IMG/VR virus record: IMGVR_UViG_3300009320_000008
Location: 1-64,000 of that record
Length of the DNA stretch: 64,000 nt
Strand: one strand, 5' to 3'
Origin: a virus
In this document: positions 19,540 through 29,035 of the stretch, piece after piece
Position numbering within the stretch: position 1 is the stretch's first letter
How the letters are laid out: each line of letters opens with the position of its first letter
Position numbers and translations under genes: made by a program
Notes under the pieces: model-generated
The model's database searches: none
What the model was told of the DNA's origin: nothing
The model's input: the letters and a program-made list of their open reading frames with translations, nothing else

Positions 19540-20003
19540 AGAAAAGGCTTGGTGTCTTTTGATAAATATAATGGATGATGGGGATGTCCATTTTTTGTTT
19601 CAGCCAAACAATATATATCAAGATTAAGAAGGTCTAATACTTGTTCATCCCGATCCATATGCTCTCCATTTGTTCCCCATGCTGCTATTACAAGATCGGA
19701 AGTCATGCATACACTTTGCAAGATGATATCATTATCTGGACCTATTGGATCAGGTTCTTTCATCATGCCTTCAGGTTTAGTGGACCTAAATGCAAACAGA
19801 TTTACCATAGCGATTTCGTTGTACCCCCATGCTTTAGCAAATCCAATACAGACACTAATGGTATTATCGTCAATATTTTCATCGGCTTTACTTGGATTTA
19901 ATCCAATAAAGGTCACTCTTTTTGTAGGAAAGAGACTTTCCCACCGGCGGTGAAGAACGTACCTATACTTCCTATCTGGAGAGAAGCTTGCAGATTTATG
20001 CAT
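19512..20003 (-). CDS. DUF1643 family protein
   Basis: YRY.L.R.W, GLNPS.AD, VNLFAFRST.P, AAWG, HPLY. Confidence 0.85.
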   Translation of the reverse strand: MHKSASFSPDRKYRYVLHRRWESLFPTKRVTFIGLNPSKADENIDDNTISVCIGFAKAWGYNEIAMVNLFAFRSTKPEGMMKEPDPIGPDNDIILQSVCMTSDLVIAAWGTNGEHMDRDEQVLDLLNLDIYCLAETKNGHPHHPLYLSKDTKPFLWSQRECIV

Positions 20004-20253
20004 CCTCCACCTTCAGTCCTGGAAGTTTGTACATGTCAATACCGTGAGGAAGAACGAGGATTTTACAATCCTCTGGCAGAACACCTTTCCATTGATCTGT
20101 TATCATGGTCCTTTGTTCGTCTTCCATTTCGATAAAATGGTTATATAAATCGTGGTCTTTGAATTTTACAACAACCACATCCCCCGGCTTCGCCATCAAA
20201 CGTTTTACTTGAATGACCACGTCCTCAATCGCTTTTTGTTTGTCCATCAGCAA
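19996..20253 (-). CDS. Hypothetical protein
   Basis: ORF in the operon. Confidence 0.55.
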   Translation of the reverse strand: MLMDKQKAIEDVVIQVKRLMAKPGDVVVVKFKDHDLYNHFIEMEDEQRTMITDQWKGVLPEDCKILVLPHGIDMYKLPGLKVEDA

Positions 20254-20512
20254 TTTCCTTTAATTTAAATAGGTATGCGTAATCATCTCCCATTTTACGT
20301 GTCATAATTTTTGCACATTCGGAACATAAAGACATAGCTCCTATTCCTAATCCCTTATGCATTTCTTTTTTTTCGACAGCGAAATACACAGGGGAATTTT
20401 CACAACGTTTCATAGGACGAGGACCGAGAGTCATAAATGATCCCATACGTTGTTCGGCTTGACATTGTTCTGGATCAATAGGTTCAACTTCTTGGATATT
20501 TAAGTCTTCCAT
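20225..20512 (-). CDS. Hypothetical zinc-binding protein
   Basis: C..C..CSEC. Confidence 0.55.
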   Translation of the reverse strand: MEDLNIQEVEPIDPEQCQAEQRMGSFMTLGPRPMKRCENSPVYFAVEKKEMHKGLGIGAMSLCSECAKIMTRKMGDDYAYLFKLKEIADGQTKSD

Positions 20513-20513
20513 T

Positions 20514-21542
20514 TTACCCTACCATTGCCATAAGTATGTGTTTGAAATTGTCGGATTGAAACAGAACACGTTTTCGATCAGGAGAAATAATAACCTCCAC
20601 GGCTTTTTCGAGTACTTGAGAAAGGAATTCGGCATTCATTCCGACTTCAATTGCCTCCCCTTTATAATCGATATCCAATTCTTTCTCGATCCACTCCCTT
20701 CTTTCATTTGTTGTGTACGAACAAATAAGTTTTCCCTCTGCCAATTTTATAATCACTCCCTTTGGATCATCTTCTCTCTTTATGATCGTAACGGTTTTGA
20801 TCGCCTCCTTCAATTCTTTCCCCGGCAGAAGAAGTTTGTCTCCTTCAAACGATTTGAAGAATGGAGAATAGTCAGGGAACTGACCGACTATTTTCCGTGT
20901 ACTGAAGTTCAATCCGTCCTCTGTTCTAAAATGAATCCACGATTTGGATTGTGACACTTCGGTCACATAGTAGTTTGATATGTCCGGAGCAACAATGGCT
21001 TTGAGGAAGAAAGACTCCGTAATCTCTTTTGTCATCCTGAATTGGCTTACTCTCGTTCGATCCCCGGCATAAAGCATGTTGCCGATAGCATAAACACAGG
21101 TGGCGGTACCAAGTGACGCGTCCGAAGATGCCGAGAATGAACTGAGAAAAGCTCCTTCAACAAAGTCCTCTGGCAGAGGATGCCATTCTCCTTCGGCGGC
21201 CTGGTCTTTTATGGTCTGGATGCTTTCTGCGAGTTCATCTTCCTGCATCGTTCTGATTCCGGCTTTGATCGCTTTTCCTTCGATCTTGATACTTTTGCCG
21301 TCTTGTTTGACTTCGATAGTAGGAGAAGACATGTTCGACACCAGTCCGAAAAACTTATCGGCGGATATGCTGAAACCGAAATCAGTTTCGTATGGAAATG
21401 AAACCAGAACTTTGTCATTGAAAGTGACAACATCCTTTCCTGTGAACATAAAGTGGGACATCTGTTCGACCACTTTGGTTTTGGCAAGCCCGGGTTTAAG
21501 GGCTGTTAGTATGTCCTTTAGCTCCTGCCGTATTAGTAGCAT
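20514..21542 (-). CDS. dnaN: DNA sliding clamp (DnaN/beta-like)
   Basis: ~340 aa three-domain pattern, GQFPDYS, MNAEFL..VL, C-terminal HILMAM; DnaX also present. Confidence 0.75.
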   Translation of the reverse strand: MLLIRQELKDILTALKPGLAKTKVVEQMSHFMFTGKDVVTFNDKVLVSFPYETDFGFSISADKFFGLVSNMSSPTIEVKQDGKSIKIEGKAIKAGIRTMQEDELAESIQTIKDQAAEGEWHPLPEDFVEGAFLSSFSASSDASLGTATCVYAIGNMLYAGDRTRVSQFRMTKEITESFFLKAIVAPDISNYYVTEVSQSKSWIHFRTEDGLNFSTRKIVGQFPDYSPFFKSFEGDKLLLPGKELKEAIKTVTIIKREDDPKGVIIKLAEGKLICSYTTNERREWIEKELDIDYKGEAIEVGMNAEFLSQVLEKAVEVIISPDRKRVLFQSDNFKHILMAMVG

Positions 21543-22542
21543 TCTCCGCCTCCTTCTCTTTAAATACATTTCTGTATTCACTTTTGTGGTAATAAGAAAC
21601 CATTCGTAACCATTCTATATTATGCTCATTATAAAGAGCATTTATTTCATTGTTGCGGACCCCTACCCCTGCACTGTACAACTTCATAGTGTCAGTACCA
21701 CCAGATTTTATCATTGATACAGGTTTGGGAGGGGGAGCGAATAAATCATATGATTGAGGGATTGTAAAGGAAAAGGGCCACGGATCAAGATTTATCATAA
21801 CCGCTATAAAATATCTTGAATTGAGTTTGTCCCTCAAATAGAAGTTATTACACAGTCCTTCCTTGACTTTCGTTTCCTCATCATCTTCCCATGTCGATTC
21901 GCCTATTTCAAATCCGCATGACTCGAAATAAGCCGTTACTCTTTCCCGTTCCATGGGGGATAATGTTTCATAGTGTCCAAAGTCTTCTTTTTTATGGGGG
22001 GAGCGTGATGATATTTCGATTCTAACAGGAGCTTTTTTGTAATCGAACCTTCCATCTACGCATCTGGGAGTTAAAATGATGCCCATCCTACTTGTTGTCA
22101 ACCATGTTGAACTGTCAACCGACCACCATGGATAACGCATAATTAATTCCGTGGTTGTGAATCCCATGCCGTGGAACTTGGCAATGGGCATTCCATCATC
22201 ATCTGTGAGAAAGTCTGACCAAATCATATCAAGGTTTTTAATTCTTACGGATGTTGAAAGCTCAGTCAAAGCTCCAATACCTACATAATCCGAATCGGCA
22301 AGATACTTGGCAAGGTACTTGATAGGAGAAGCCGCATGATATACAGGCATGGGATCAAGTCCTGCTTCCTTCATGATCCTGAAGTTTTGCCAACTGGCTT
22401 CTCCATCTCCTATAACATCTAAGCTAACGTAATCGTCCAACAGATGTTTATGGTCGTGAAGGAATTGAATATAAACATCAAGGTCAAGGGTCTCACCTTT
22501 CCGCCATGCAGAATAAGCCCCGGAATCAAGCATAACCTTCAT
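21496..22542 (-). CDS. dpdA: DpdA-like (TGT-family) 7-deazaguanine DNA transglycosylase
   Basis: LDSGAYS, SLDVIG, PVYH, FHGMG, SVDSSTW; adjacent to que/fol genes. Confidence 0.8.
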   Translation of the reverse strand: MKVMLDSGAYSAWRKGETLDLDVYIQFLHDHKHLLDDYVSLDVIGDGEASWQNFRIMKEAGLDPMPVYHAASPIKYLAKYLADSDYVGIGALTELSTSVRIKNLDMIWSDFLTDDDGMPIAKFHGMGFTTTELIMRYPWWSVDSSTWLTTSRMGIILTPRCVDGRFDYKKAPVRIEISSRSPHKKEDFGHYETLSPMERERVTAYFESCGFEIGESTWEDDEETKVKEGLCNNFYLRDKLNSRYFIAVMINLDPWPFSFTIPQSYDLFAPPPKPVSMIKSGGTDTMKLYSAGVGVRNNEINALYNEHNIEWLRMVSYYHKSEYRNVFKEKEAENATNTAGAKGHTNSP

Positions 22543-22544
22543 AG

Positions 22545-22754
22545 TTACCTCTTATCTTGTAATTCATTATGGAGATTAATTCCGGGGTTTGGGCAGTCCC
22601 CATTGTTTCTAATGTCAGCCCATGACCATGGTTCCTCTCCGGTCACATGAAGAAGAAATCTTATCTCCCCTTCTGGTAATTCAAGATGGTTTGTGTCTCT
22701 AAGAATCTTTTGGACCTTGTCTGAAATATCTCTTTTTTGTGCTACAGAAAACAT
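22545..22754 (-). CDS. Hypothetical protein
   Basis: RBS GAGGGG; ORF upstream of dpdA. Confidence 0.55.
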   Translation of the reverse strand: MFSVAQKRDISDKVQKILRDTNHLELPEGEIRFLLHVTGEEPWSWADIRNNGDCPNPGINLHNELQDKR

Positions 22755-22784
22755 GTTGCCCCCTCATGTTGTTCATATTAGCAT

Positions 22785-22885
22785 ATTATAGCGATTACCG
22801 GCCATATAAGACAGTAAATAACGACTCGAAACAAAAACGCATAGTAAGGCATGCCCTAAAATTCGAACGTCTTAAAACGCACTAC
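22785..22885. repeat. Dispersed intergenic repeat, copy 2
   Basis: Near-identical blocks to copies at ~830-915 and ~42365-42420. Confidence 0.85.
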
Positions 22886-23114
22886 AGAAGCTTTTTTCCA
22901 TGCTCACATAAAGTTGGAATGTTTTTACTTATATCAAGTAAGGATGTTGATGTCTGATCGAAAGCTTTAAAAAGAACAGGAGAAATCTTTGAATCAGGAT
23001 CTATCATTCGTATCCCCAAATACATCCGAAGGAGTCTTAACGCTTCCTGATCAATTGAATTGATTACATTCTCCATTTGCTCGTAAACATTCTCGTCGGT
23101 TATTTCTTCTGTCA
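22882..23114 (-). CDS. Hypothetical protein
   Basis: MTEEIT start with RBS GGAGG. Confidence 0.5.
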
Positions 23115-23378
23115 TTATTCCTCCAATTTTTGTTCGGCCATAATCCTGCAAGCGCAGATTAATACCATTGCAATAATGACATCCTCATGAACTATTTTTC
23201 GTCCTTTTTCAATATCGCAAACCTCACTGGGCTTTAGGCCAACAGCCCCTCCTAATTTACGAAAGGTAATCCTTGCTTTTGTTCTTGCAGCTTTTAGGAC
23301 TGCCTTAGGATCGTTTTCTTCTCCAGGAGACAATTCATCTCCAATATCGTCAATTATTATTTCAAGTTGGTCTGTCAT
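23115..23378 (-). CDS. XRE-like HTH protein
   Basis: LKAARTKARITFRKLGGAVGLKPSEVCDIEKG. Confidence 0.7.
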   Translation of the reverse strand: MTDQLEIIIDDIGDELSPGEENDPKAVLKAARTKARITFRKLGGAVGLKPSEVCDIEKGRKIVHEDVIIAMVLICACRIMAEQKLEE

Positions 23379-23386
23379 TATTCCTC

Positions 23387-24058
23387 CTATAATTTATACC
23401 CGTGTTTCATCAAGGCCCGAAAAGTTTCCATCCGGCGTTGTTCGTCATACCCTCCCGCTAACATCTTTTCCAGATAAACAGGAATCTTATCGTATTCAAG
23501 GATCGGGTTTTCATACTCCTCAACGATGTCATTGTTAGTCAATGCTACCCACCGTCTGAAACAGGCAGTACACTGTCCGCAAGGCTTTTCAGTTTCAGCA
23601 TAACAGCTACGGGTAGACAGGAGTTTTTCGTAACGAGGATCGTGAACGTTGTCACAGTACCATTTTACCATGTTTGTTTTGGTCATTTCAGTGAATGGAG
23701 AATATACCTTAAAATCGAACATAAAACTCATTTGGGTCATGAATCTGTGTGTCCTGTCGGGAATGTCCATCTCCCCTTTTTGGACAACGAGAACAACAAC
23801 AGGAGCAGTATCTTTAACAGCATGTTTTGCTGCAATGAGGACAAGAAAGGCGTTCCTGTATGGGATGTTTGCGTCCGGCTCTTCCCAATCGCCGAGAAAC
23901 AAACGATCCTCAATTATCGTATCGGGAACAAGACGTATCACCTGATCGTGTTCAAATTTGGCATACCGATGCCCTATATCCACGTAAATGGTCTGAGGCT
24001 TTTCAAGGTAGTGCCATGCAATGTAGCTGTCCAGTCCTCCACTGAATAAAAGTATCAT
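23387..24058 (-). CDS. queC: QueC-like PP-loop ATPase (7-cyano-7-deazaguanine synthase family)
   Basis: LLFSGGLDS, PYRN, SCY..CGQCTACFRR. Confidence 0.85.
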   Translation of the reverse strand: MILLFSGGLDSYIAWHYLEKPQTIYVDIGHRYAKFEHDQVIRLVPDTIIEDRLFLGDWEEPDANIPYRNAFLVLIAAKHAVKDTAPVVVLVVQKGEMDIPDRTHRFMTQMSFMFDFKVYSPFTEMTKTNMVKWYCDNVHDPRYEKLLSTRSCYAETEKPCGQCTACFRRWVALTNNDIVEEYENPILEYDKIPVYLEKMLAGGYDEQRRMETFRALMKHGYKL

Positions 24059-24306
24059 GATTCCCCCTTGGGTATAAATATGTAATTTTCAGGAACAAAC
24101 AAAAACGGATGATCATTAGGATGTTCTCGGCATAGTATCACCGCATAGAATTCGCAAGGACCATCAACAAGTCCAGGACGCTTGCCTTCCTTTAACATCT
24201 GACAGGCCTCCTCAAATATTTTCCACAATTCTTCTTTTTTGGTATGATAATGACCTTCTGAATAGTACTTTCCAGACTGTTTGAAATAGGTTATTGAAAC
24301 TTTCAT
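24055..24306 (-). CDS. Hypothetical protein
   Basis: TYFKQSGKYY pattern; RBS GAGG. Confidence 0.6.
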   Translation of the reverse strand: MKVSITYFKQSGKYYSEGHYHTKKEELWKIFEEACQMLKEGKRPGLVDGPCEFYAVILCREHPNDHPFLFVPENYIFIPKGES

Positions 24307-24308
24307 AA

Positions 24309-24665
24309 TTATTCCTCTATAAAATCCACAAGTCTTTTTTCACTTCCGTCAGGGAATTTCACCCACAGAAACTTTAAAAAACTATAGTAGGCATCCACAT
24401 TCCCACCACAATCAAAGTATTCATTAGGATATTCCCAAATGTCTCTACAAACATCTTTAACCTGATCCATTGAAACTATCTTTTCAAATGTGATCTCCGA
24501 TCCAAATATCTGACATTCATTCTGCTTTTTAATTGGTCGGATTTCAAAGAGTAAACCACCATAGTAATCGGCTATCTCCGAGATACCTGCGTCTTCACCT
24601 GCGGGACTTCCATCCAATATATGATAGTTTAAAATTTGGTTGCTCATACCTCCTCCATCCTGCAT
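24309..24665 (-). CDS. Hypothetical protein
   Basis: ORF in the cluster. Confidence 0.5.
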   Translation of the reverse strand: MQDGGGMSNQILNYHILDGSPAGEDAGISEIADYYGGLLFEIRPIKKQNECQIFGSEITFEKIVSMDQVKDVCRDIWEYPNEYFDCGGNVDAYYSFLKFLWVKFPDGSEKRLVDFIEE

Positions 24666-24961
24666 GAGTCATTATCAATATAAAGATCGGCTCGAAACTT
24701 TCCCATAATTAGGTAATGAAACATGACTTCGTGTTCCATAAGCCATTCTAAGGTCGATTTATATCCCTCCCAAGGACGGGCGGTATAAATGACAACATTA
24801 TTGTATTTGGCAAGGTTGTTAACCTTGTCTATATTCTCTTTGATTGGAATCATTTTTGGATAGTATAAATGAAAGTCCATCCATTCTATTATTCCTTCTG
24901 GAGCTGTGCATAGGGTTTCGTCCAGATCAACAGCTATGCTTTTTCCTTTTATTTCATCCAC
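24644..24961 (-). CDS. Small HAD-superfamily phosphatase-like protein
   Basis: AVDLDETL, IYTAR, T.EWL, GK..ADLYIDND. Confidence 0.8.
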   Translation of the reverse strand: MDEIKGKSIAVDLDETLCTAPEGIIEWMDFHLYYPKMIPIKENIDKVNNLAKYNNVVIYTARPWEGYKSTLEWLMEHEVMFHYLIMGKFRADLYIDNDSCRMEEV

Positions 24962-26567
24962 TGTTTAATTCCTTCACGAATGATAATAGCTTTTCCTTTG
25001 CACTGTCGGGTAATTCAAGACGGGAGATAATATTGCTGACTGAAGCAGTTTTAACCTTCTCTGCCATCTTGGGACGTTCCCTCAGTATTCCTCCAACATC
25101 TGCAAACTTTCGTTTGTCCTCAACTCCGGCTCTATCTGCGGCAATCATGGACAGTTTGGTACTACCACAATATGTGCAAAGGATATGATGTGAGTAAAAT
25201 GTTACAGGATTGTCACAACTGATTGTATGTTCAAATGGAAATATCATTGCATCCCCAAGCACCCATGCCTCTGTCTTGGTAATGTTTCGCATGACCGGCA
25301 GGAATTTGATATACTCCCCTGTAATCGTCCCGTACTTTCGCATCATATCTATGGCCTCCGCGAATTGAAAGGAGTTGTCAGGGTAGCCTCCCGTCTCCTC
25401 TGACAACTGCGCCCAACCAGCGGCAATATATACCTCATTTACATTTTGGGATATAAGGTACGTCTCCGCACAGGCCAATAGATACGATGTGAAAATGGCA
25501 TTCCTGGCTGGAACCCATGCAATTGTGGACTTGATATTATCTCCTCCGCTGTCAATCTTTATGTCTGAATCTGTAAGCATTCCATTCCCTGAGAAATGCA
25601 TGAACTGGTCTGTCAAATCAAATTCAAACATCTGGATGCGGAGTGCTCCACTCAGAGTTTGTGCTGCCCACCTTTCTGCTGATTCTGCTTTTTGTCCGTA
25701 TCTGAAGTGTATCATAACAGGTTCATATCCAGAATGCTTCAATATGTAAGCTGTTAATCCACTATCGATGCCTCCAGAAGCAGAAACGAACACCCGTTTT
25801 TTCTTGGCGGGTTGAGGATTTTTGAATGTGGGATGAATGAAATTGGGGGAGTAGGTTTGCTTGTGCTGCATTCCACTGTCTAAATCGGTTTCGATGATGG
25901 TGTATCCTTCAACGTAATGATGATACCAGTTCTCCCATACGTTCATCCCGTCTTTGCGGCATCCGGTCATGCTATACAGGGCTTCTTCCAATGCATCATT
26001 GTCCGAATGCATGAAGTATCCAACACCTTTTACATACATATGAGCAAGAGGATTGAAAGATGTTACCGCATACATCTTATTTTTGTTTCGATCTATCATG
26101 ACAAAGGCAAACGAACCACTTAGATATTCCATGGTTCGTTTCATGTCCCTACCCTGCTGTTCGTATGCAGCAAGGATAATCTCGGAGTCGATTTCAGTAG
26201 CATAATTAAAAGATAATATACGAACGGATTCTGTCACTCCTCCATTATGAATAAGGAATTTGCCGTCACTAAAGATGGGTTGTAGCATACTCTTATTCGT
26301 AGATTTTTCAGTTTCGGGAGTAGCTCTGCTACAGAACAAAAGGACATCCCCAACGTTCATGTATTCTTTTATCCATAATATAATTTCTTCCACTTCTATC
26401 TTTTTTGGATTTAAGATCCAATGGGAGGAAGGAATCCCATCTCCATCACATACTATGCAAGCCCCAAATCCATCTTGTCCTCTCTTACCTGCCTCTAAAA
26501 TAAGAGTTTCAAGGGTTTTAAAATTTGGGATTGATTCCCTTGCCCAGAACGCAAATATTCCACACAT
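24954..26567 (-). CDS. gat-queC: Gat-QueC fusion (class II glutamine amidotransferase + QueC)
   Basis: MCGI N-terminus, RGQDG, HNG, IDSE; then SGGIDS, YGQK, WVPARN, GYPDN. Confidence 0.9.
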   Translation of the reverse strand: MCGIFAFWARESIPNFKTLETLILEAGKRGQDGFGACIVCDGDGIPSSHWILNPKKIEVEEIILWIKEYMNVGDVLLFCSRATPETEKSTNKSMLQPIFSDGKFLIHNGGVTESVRILSFNYATEIDSEIILAAYEQQGRDMKRTMEYLSGSFAFVMIDRNKNKMYAVTSFNPLAHMYVKGVGYFMHSDNDALEEALYSMTGCRKDGMNVWENWYHHYVEGYTIIETDLDSGMQHKQTYSPNFIHPTFKNPQPAKKKRVFVSASGGIDSGLTAYILKHSGYEPVMIHFRYGQKAESAERWAAQTLSGALRIQMFEFDLTDQFMHFSGNGMLTDSDIKIDSGGDNIKSTIAWVPARNAIFTSYLLACAETYLISQNVNEVYIAAGWAQLSEETGGYPDNSFQFAEAIDMMRKYGTITGEYIKFLPVMRNITKTEAWVLGDAMIFPFEHTISCDNPVTFYSHHILCTYCGSTKLSMIAADRAGVEDKRKFADVGGILRERPKMAEKVKTASVSNIISRLELPDSAKEKLLSFVKELNSG

Positions 26568-26570
26568 AAT

Positions 26571-26792
26571 TCACCCCTCCAACAATCTTTTAAAATTAGT
26601 ACACGATATAGGATCTGGGATTCCTTTAAGAATTAAATCTGGAAGTGTGGGGTGATCGTCTGTGCCAATAATTTCATACACCTTATTCTTTTCAAGGCAT
26701 GACATTAAAGGTAAAAATCCGCATTGCTGAACGAAATCCCCTTTCTTCATCAAATTATATTCATTACTCATTTTATTATCCTCTCTGACCAT
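26571..26792 (-). CDS. Hypothetical protein
   Basis: ORF in the cluster. Confidence 0.45.
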   Translation of the reverse strand: MVREDNKMSNEYNLMKKGDFVQQCGFLPLMSCLEKNKVYEIIGTDDHPTLPDLILKGIPDPISCTNFKRLLEG

Positions 26793-27796
26793 TTTTGTTT
26801 AGGAATATGTTTTCCGGCATGTGACGAAAAGATTTTCTTTCCAAACTTTGGTTCTCTTTTCTTCCAATAATCATACATCCATGGATATGACCATCCGCAT
26901 CTTGGGCATTGCATGGCATCGTCAAACACACTAAGCCTCCACTTCTCCCATTTGTCAGGCAAATCGAATATCGACATTTGGGAAGTGAGTTCTCCCTTTC
27001 TGTATCCACAAACACGCAGAGAACCATCCGCGTCGATGGTAGGACCTCCATATGGATTGCCTAAACAATGCCAATTCATACTAATAAGGTGTGAATAGTC
27101 TCCAAAAAACATTTCCCGATTTTGAATGAGATTATTCCTTGAGCTTATGGCTTTGTGGATTTCATATTTGAGTGCGGGGTGATCGGATTCTCTAAAAAGC
27201 AGATCTTCAATTTTGTATCCTTCAGGAAAAAAGTCAAATCCTCCGCCTTTGTTCCAATGAATGAAATTTATTCCCACATTGATACCGAGTTTAGATAGTT
27301 CCTTCACCGTATCCGAAACAAATTCATAATTTCCTTTATGAACTGTTATTGTGCCTTGGCAGTCTATGTGTGGATAGTTCTTTCTGGTAAACATTAAAGC
27401 TTTCCATCCATTATAAGACTTCTGCTCGTCATGGGACATCATATCCCATTTCAAATACTTCAAGTGTGAAATGGGCCAATCAATTCCGCATGACAGGTTA
27501 TCTAACCCTGCATTGAAATTATTATAATACCATTTTTCAAATAGTTCAGGGGGAGCTGAGGTATATAAGGCATAGGGCACCTTATTCGCCTTGATGATAT
27601 ATCTTAAATCGTTTCCCAATAACCATGTTTCATTTCCAAGGATCAGATTGAAGTCAACACCCATTTTATGTAGGATATCAAAAACCTCTATCCATTGTTT
27701 TGCATTGAGTTCTGGATTTTCTAAGTTGGAATCTCGGAGTCGGCAGTAGTCACATTTCCTTGGGCATCGTCTTGTCAGGTAAGTTAATGAATTCAT
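26768..27796 (-). CDS. Radical SAM enzyme with SPASM/twitch-like C-terminus
   Basis: CPRKCDYC; C..IDADGSLRVC..CPRC. Confidence 0.9.
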   Translation of the reverse strand: MNSLTYLTRRCPRKCDYCRLRDSNLENPELNAKQWIEVFDILHKMGVDFNLILGNETWLLGNDLRYIIKANKVPYALYTSAPPELFEKWYYNNFNAGLDNLSCGIDWPISHLKYLKWDMMSHDEQKSYNGWKALMFTRKNYPHIDCQGTITVHKGNYEFVSDTVKELSKLGINVGINFIHWNKGGGFDFFPEGYKIEDLLFRESDHPALKYEIHKAISSRNNLIQNREMFFGDYSHLISMNWHCLGNPYGGPTIDADGSLRVCGYRKGELTSQMSIFDLPDKWEKWRLSVFDDAMQCPRCGWSYPWMYDYWKKREPKFGKKIFSSHAGKHIPKQKWSERIIK

Positions 27797-28452
27797 GCCG
27801 TTAATCCCCCATCAACAACGATGTTTGCCCCTGTCAGAGAAGGTGAAGTAAGGATATAAAAAACTATGTTGGCGATTTCTTTGGGTTGAATCTCCCTTTT
27901 GAGGGGAACCAATTCTCTTAGATGTTTGGGAAGTCTTCCAGGAACAAGGTTTGTGTTTGTAAATCCGGGGCTGATGCAGTTCACTCTGATTCTTTTTGGA
28001 GCGTAAAGTTTGGCGAAGGATTTTGTCATGTGGATCATGGCGGCTTTTGCAGCTCCATACATGGGCTCCTCCGGGCTTGCTTCTATTCCAGAAGTTGAAG
28101 CAATGTTAATAATATTTCCCCCGTTTTTTATTCGGAGATTTTTGGCGATCATGAAAGGGGAAAGAAAGTTCAGCTTTAGAAGCTCCAGCTCAATAAAATT
28201 TTCATTGAATCGCAAAGCTCCGGCATTGTTCACCAGAAGATCAACCTTTCTTCTTCCTATCCTTTTATGGATACGTCTGACAGCAGTGTAATAATTCCTG
28301 CGTTTGGAAAGGTCAACATCGGACTTTGAAATACCGACTATTGACCACATACCCATTGGAGAGAATACTCCCTCTTTTTTTAATAGGTCGGCTATTGCCT
28401 TCCCAATACCAGAAGAATGACCTGTTATAACGGCAATGTTTTCCCTGAGCAT
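27793..28452 (-). CDS. Short-chain dehydrogenase/reductase
   Basis: TGHSSGIG, NNAG, YGAAK, RVNCISPG, VDGG. Confidence 0.92.
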   Translation of the reverse strand: MLRENIAVITGHSSGIGKAIADLLKKEGVFSPMGMWSIVGISKSDVDLSKRRNYYTAVRRIHKRIGRRKVDLLVNNAGALRFNENFIELELLKLNFLSPFMIAKNLRIKNGGNIINIASTSGIEASPEEPMYGAAKAAMIHMTKSFAKLYAPKRIRVNCISPGFTNTNLVPGRLPKHLRELVPLKREIQPKEIANIVFYILTSPSLTGANIVVDGGLTA

Positions 28453-28455
28453 TTT

Positions 28456-29034
28456 TTATCCCCTTTGTGATAATTCGATAAGCTGTAATGCTTCCATTTT
28501 TACCTCTTGCTCATAGAATATCCCATTTATGGCGGAGGTTGTCATTCCGGATCTATTACTTTGTCTTACTCCACGGCATTGCATGCAACCATGGGAAGCT
28601 CTCATTACAATCATAGCTCCTTGGGGTTTTAATTCTTTAACAAAAGCATTTAATACTTCCCTACCGAGATTTTCTTGTATCTGAGGACGTCTTGCATAAT
28701 GGTGAATTAGTCTGGCACATTTTGAGGCACCGATCAGTTTATCTTGTGGGATGTATAATACCCAAGCAAGACCAATGAAAGGTAAGAAGTGATGGGAACA
28801 TGTGGAAGTAAAGTCGATGTTATCCAACATTACTATTTGATTGTCTTTTGAAGAATTGGGAAATGATTTGAATCCATCAAACTTTTTCCCAACCCTTGAA
28901 AAGAGTTCTTTACAATACATTTTAGAAACTCTTTTCGGAGTATCTTTGAGATTAGGGTCGTTGATATCGAGTCCCAAACCCTTTGTGATTATCTCCGAAA
29001 AGAGTTTTTCAATGAGATCCTTGTCCATTGTCAA
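28456..29034 (-). CDS. folE: GTP cyclohydrolase I
   Basis: DTPKRV, STCSHHFLPF, RPQIQE, HGCMQCRGV. Confidence 0.95.
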   Translation of the reverse strand: MTMDKDLIEKLFSEIITKGLGLDINDPNLKDTPKRVSKMYCKELFSRVGKKFDGFKSFPNSSKDNQIVMLDNIDFTSTCSHHFLPFIGLAWVLYIPQDKLIGASKCARLIHHYARRPQIQENLGREVLNAFVKELKPQGAMIVMRASHGCMQCRGVRQSNRSGMTTSAINGIFYEQEVKMEALQLIELSQRG

Positions 29035-29035
29035 T

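Noticed and set aside
26965-26985. QMSIF clamp-binding motif in the radical SAM protein
   Set aside because: It falls in the conserved SPASM-type segment and is probably coincidental.
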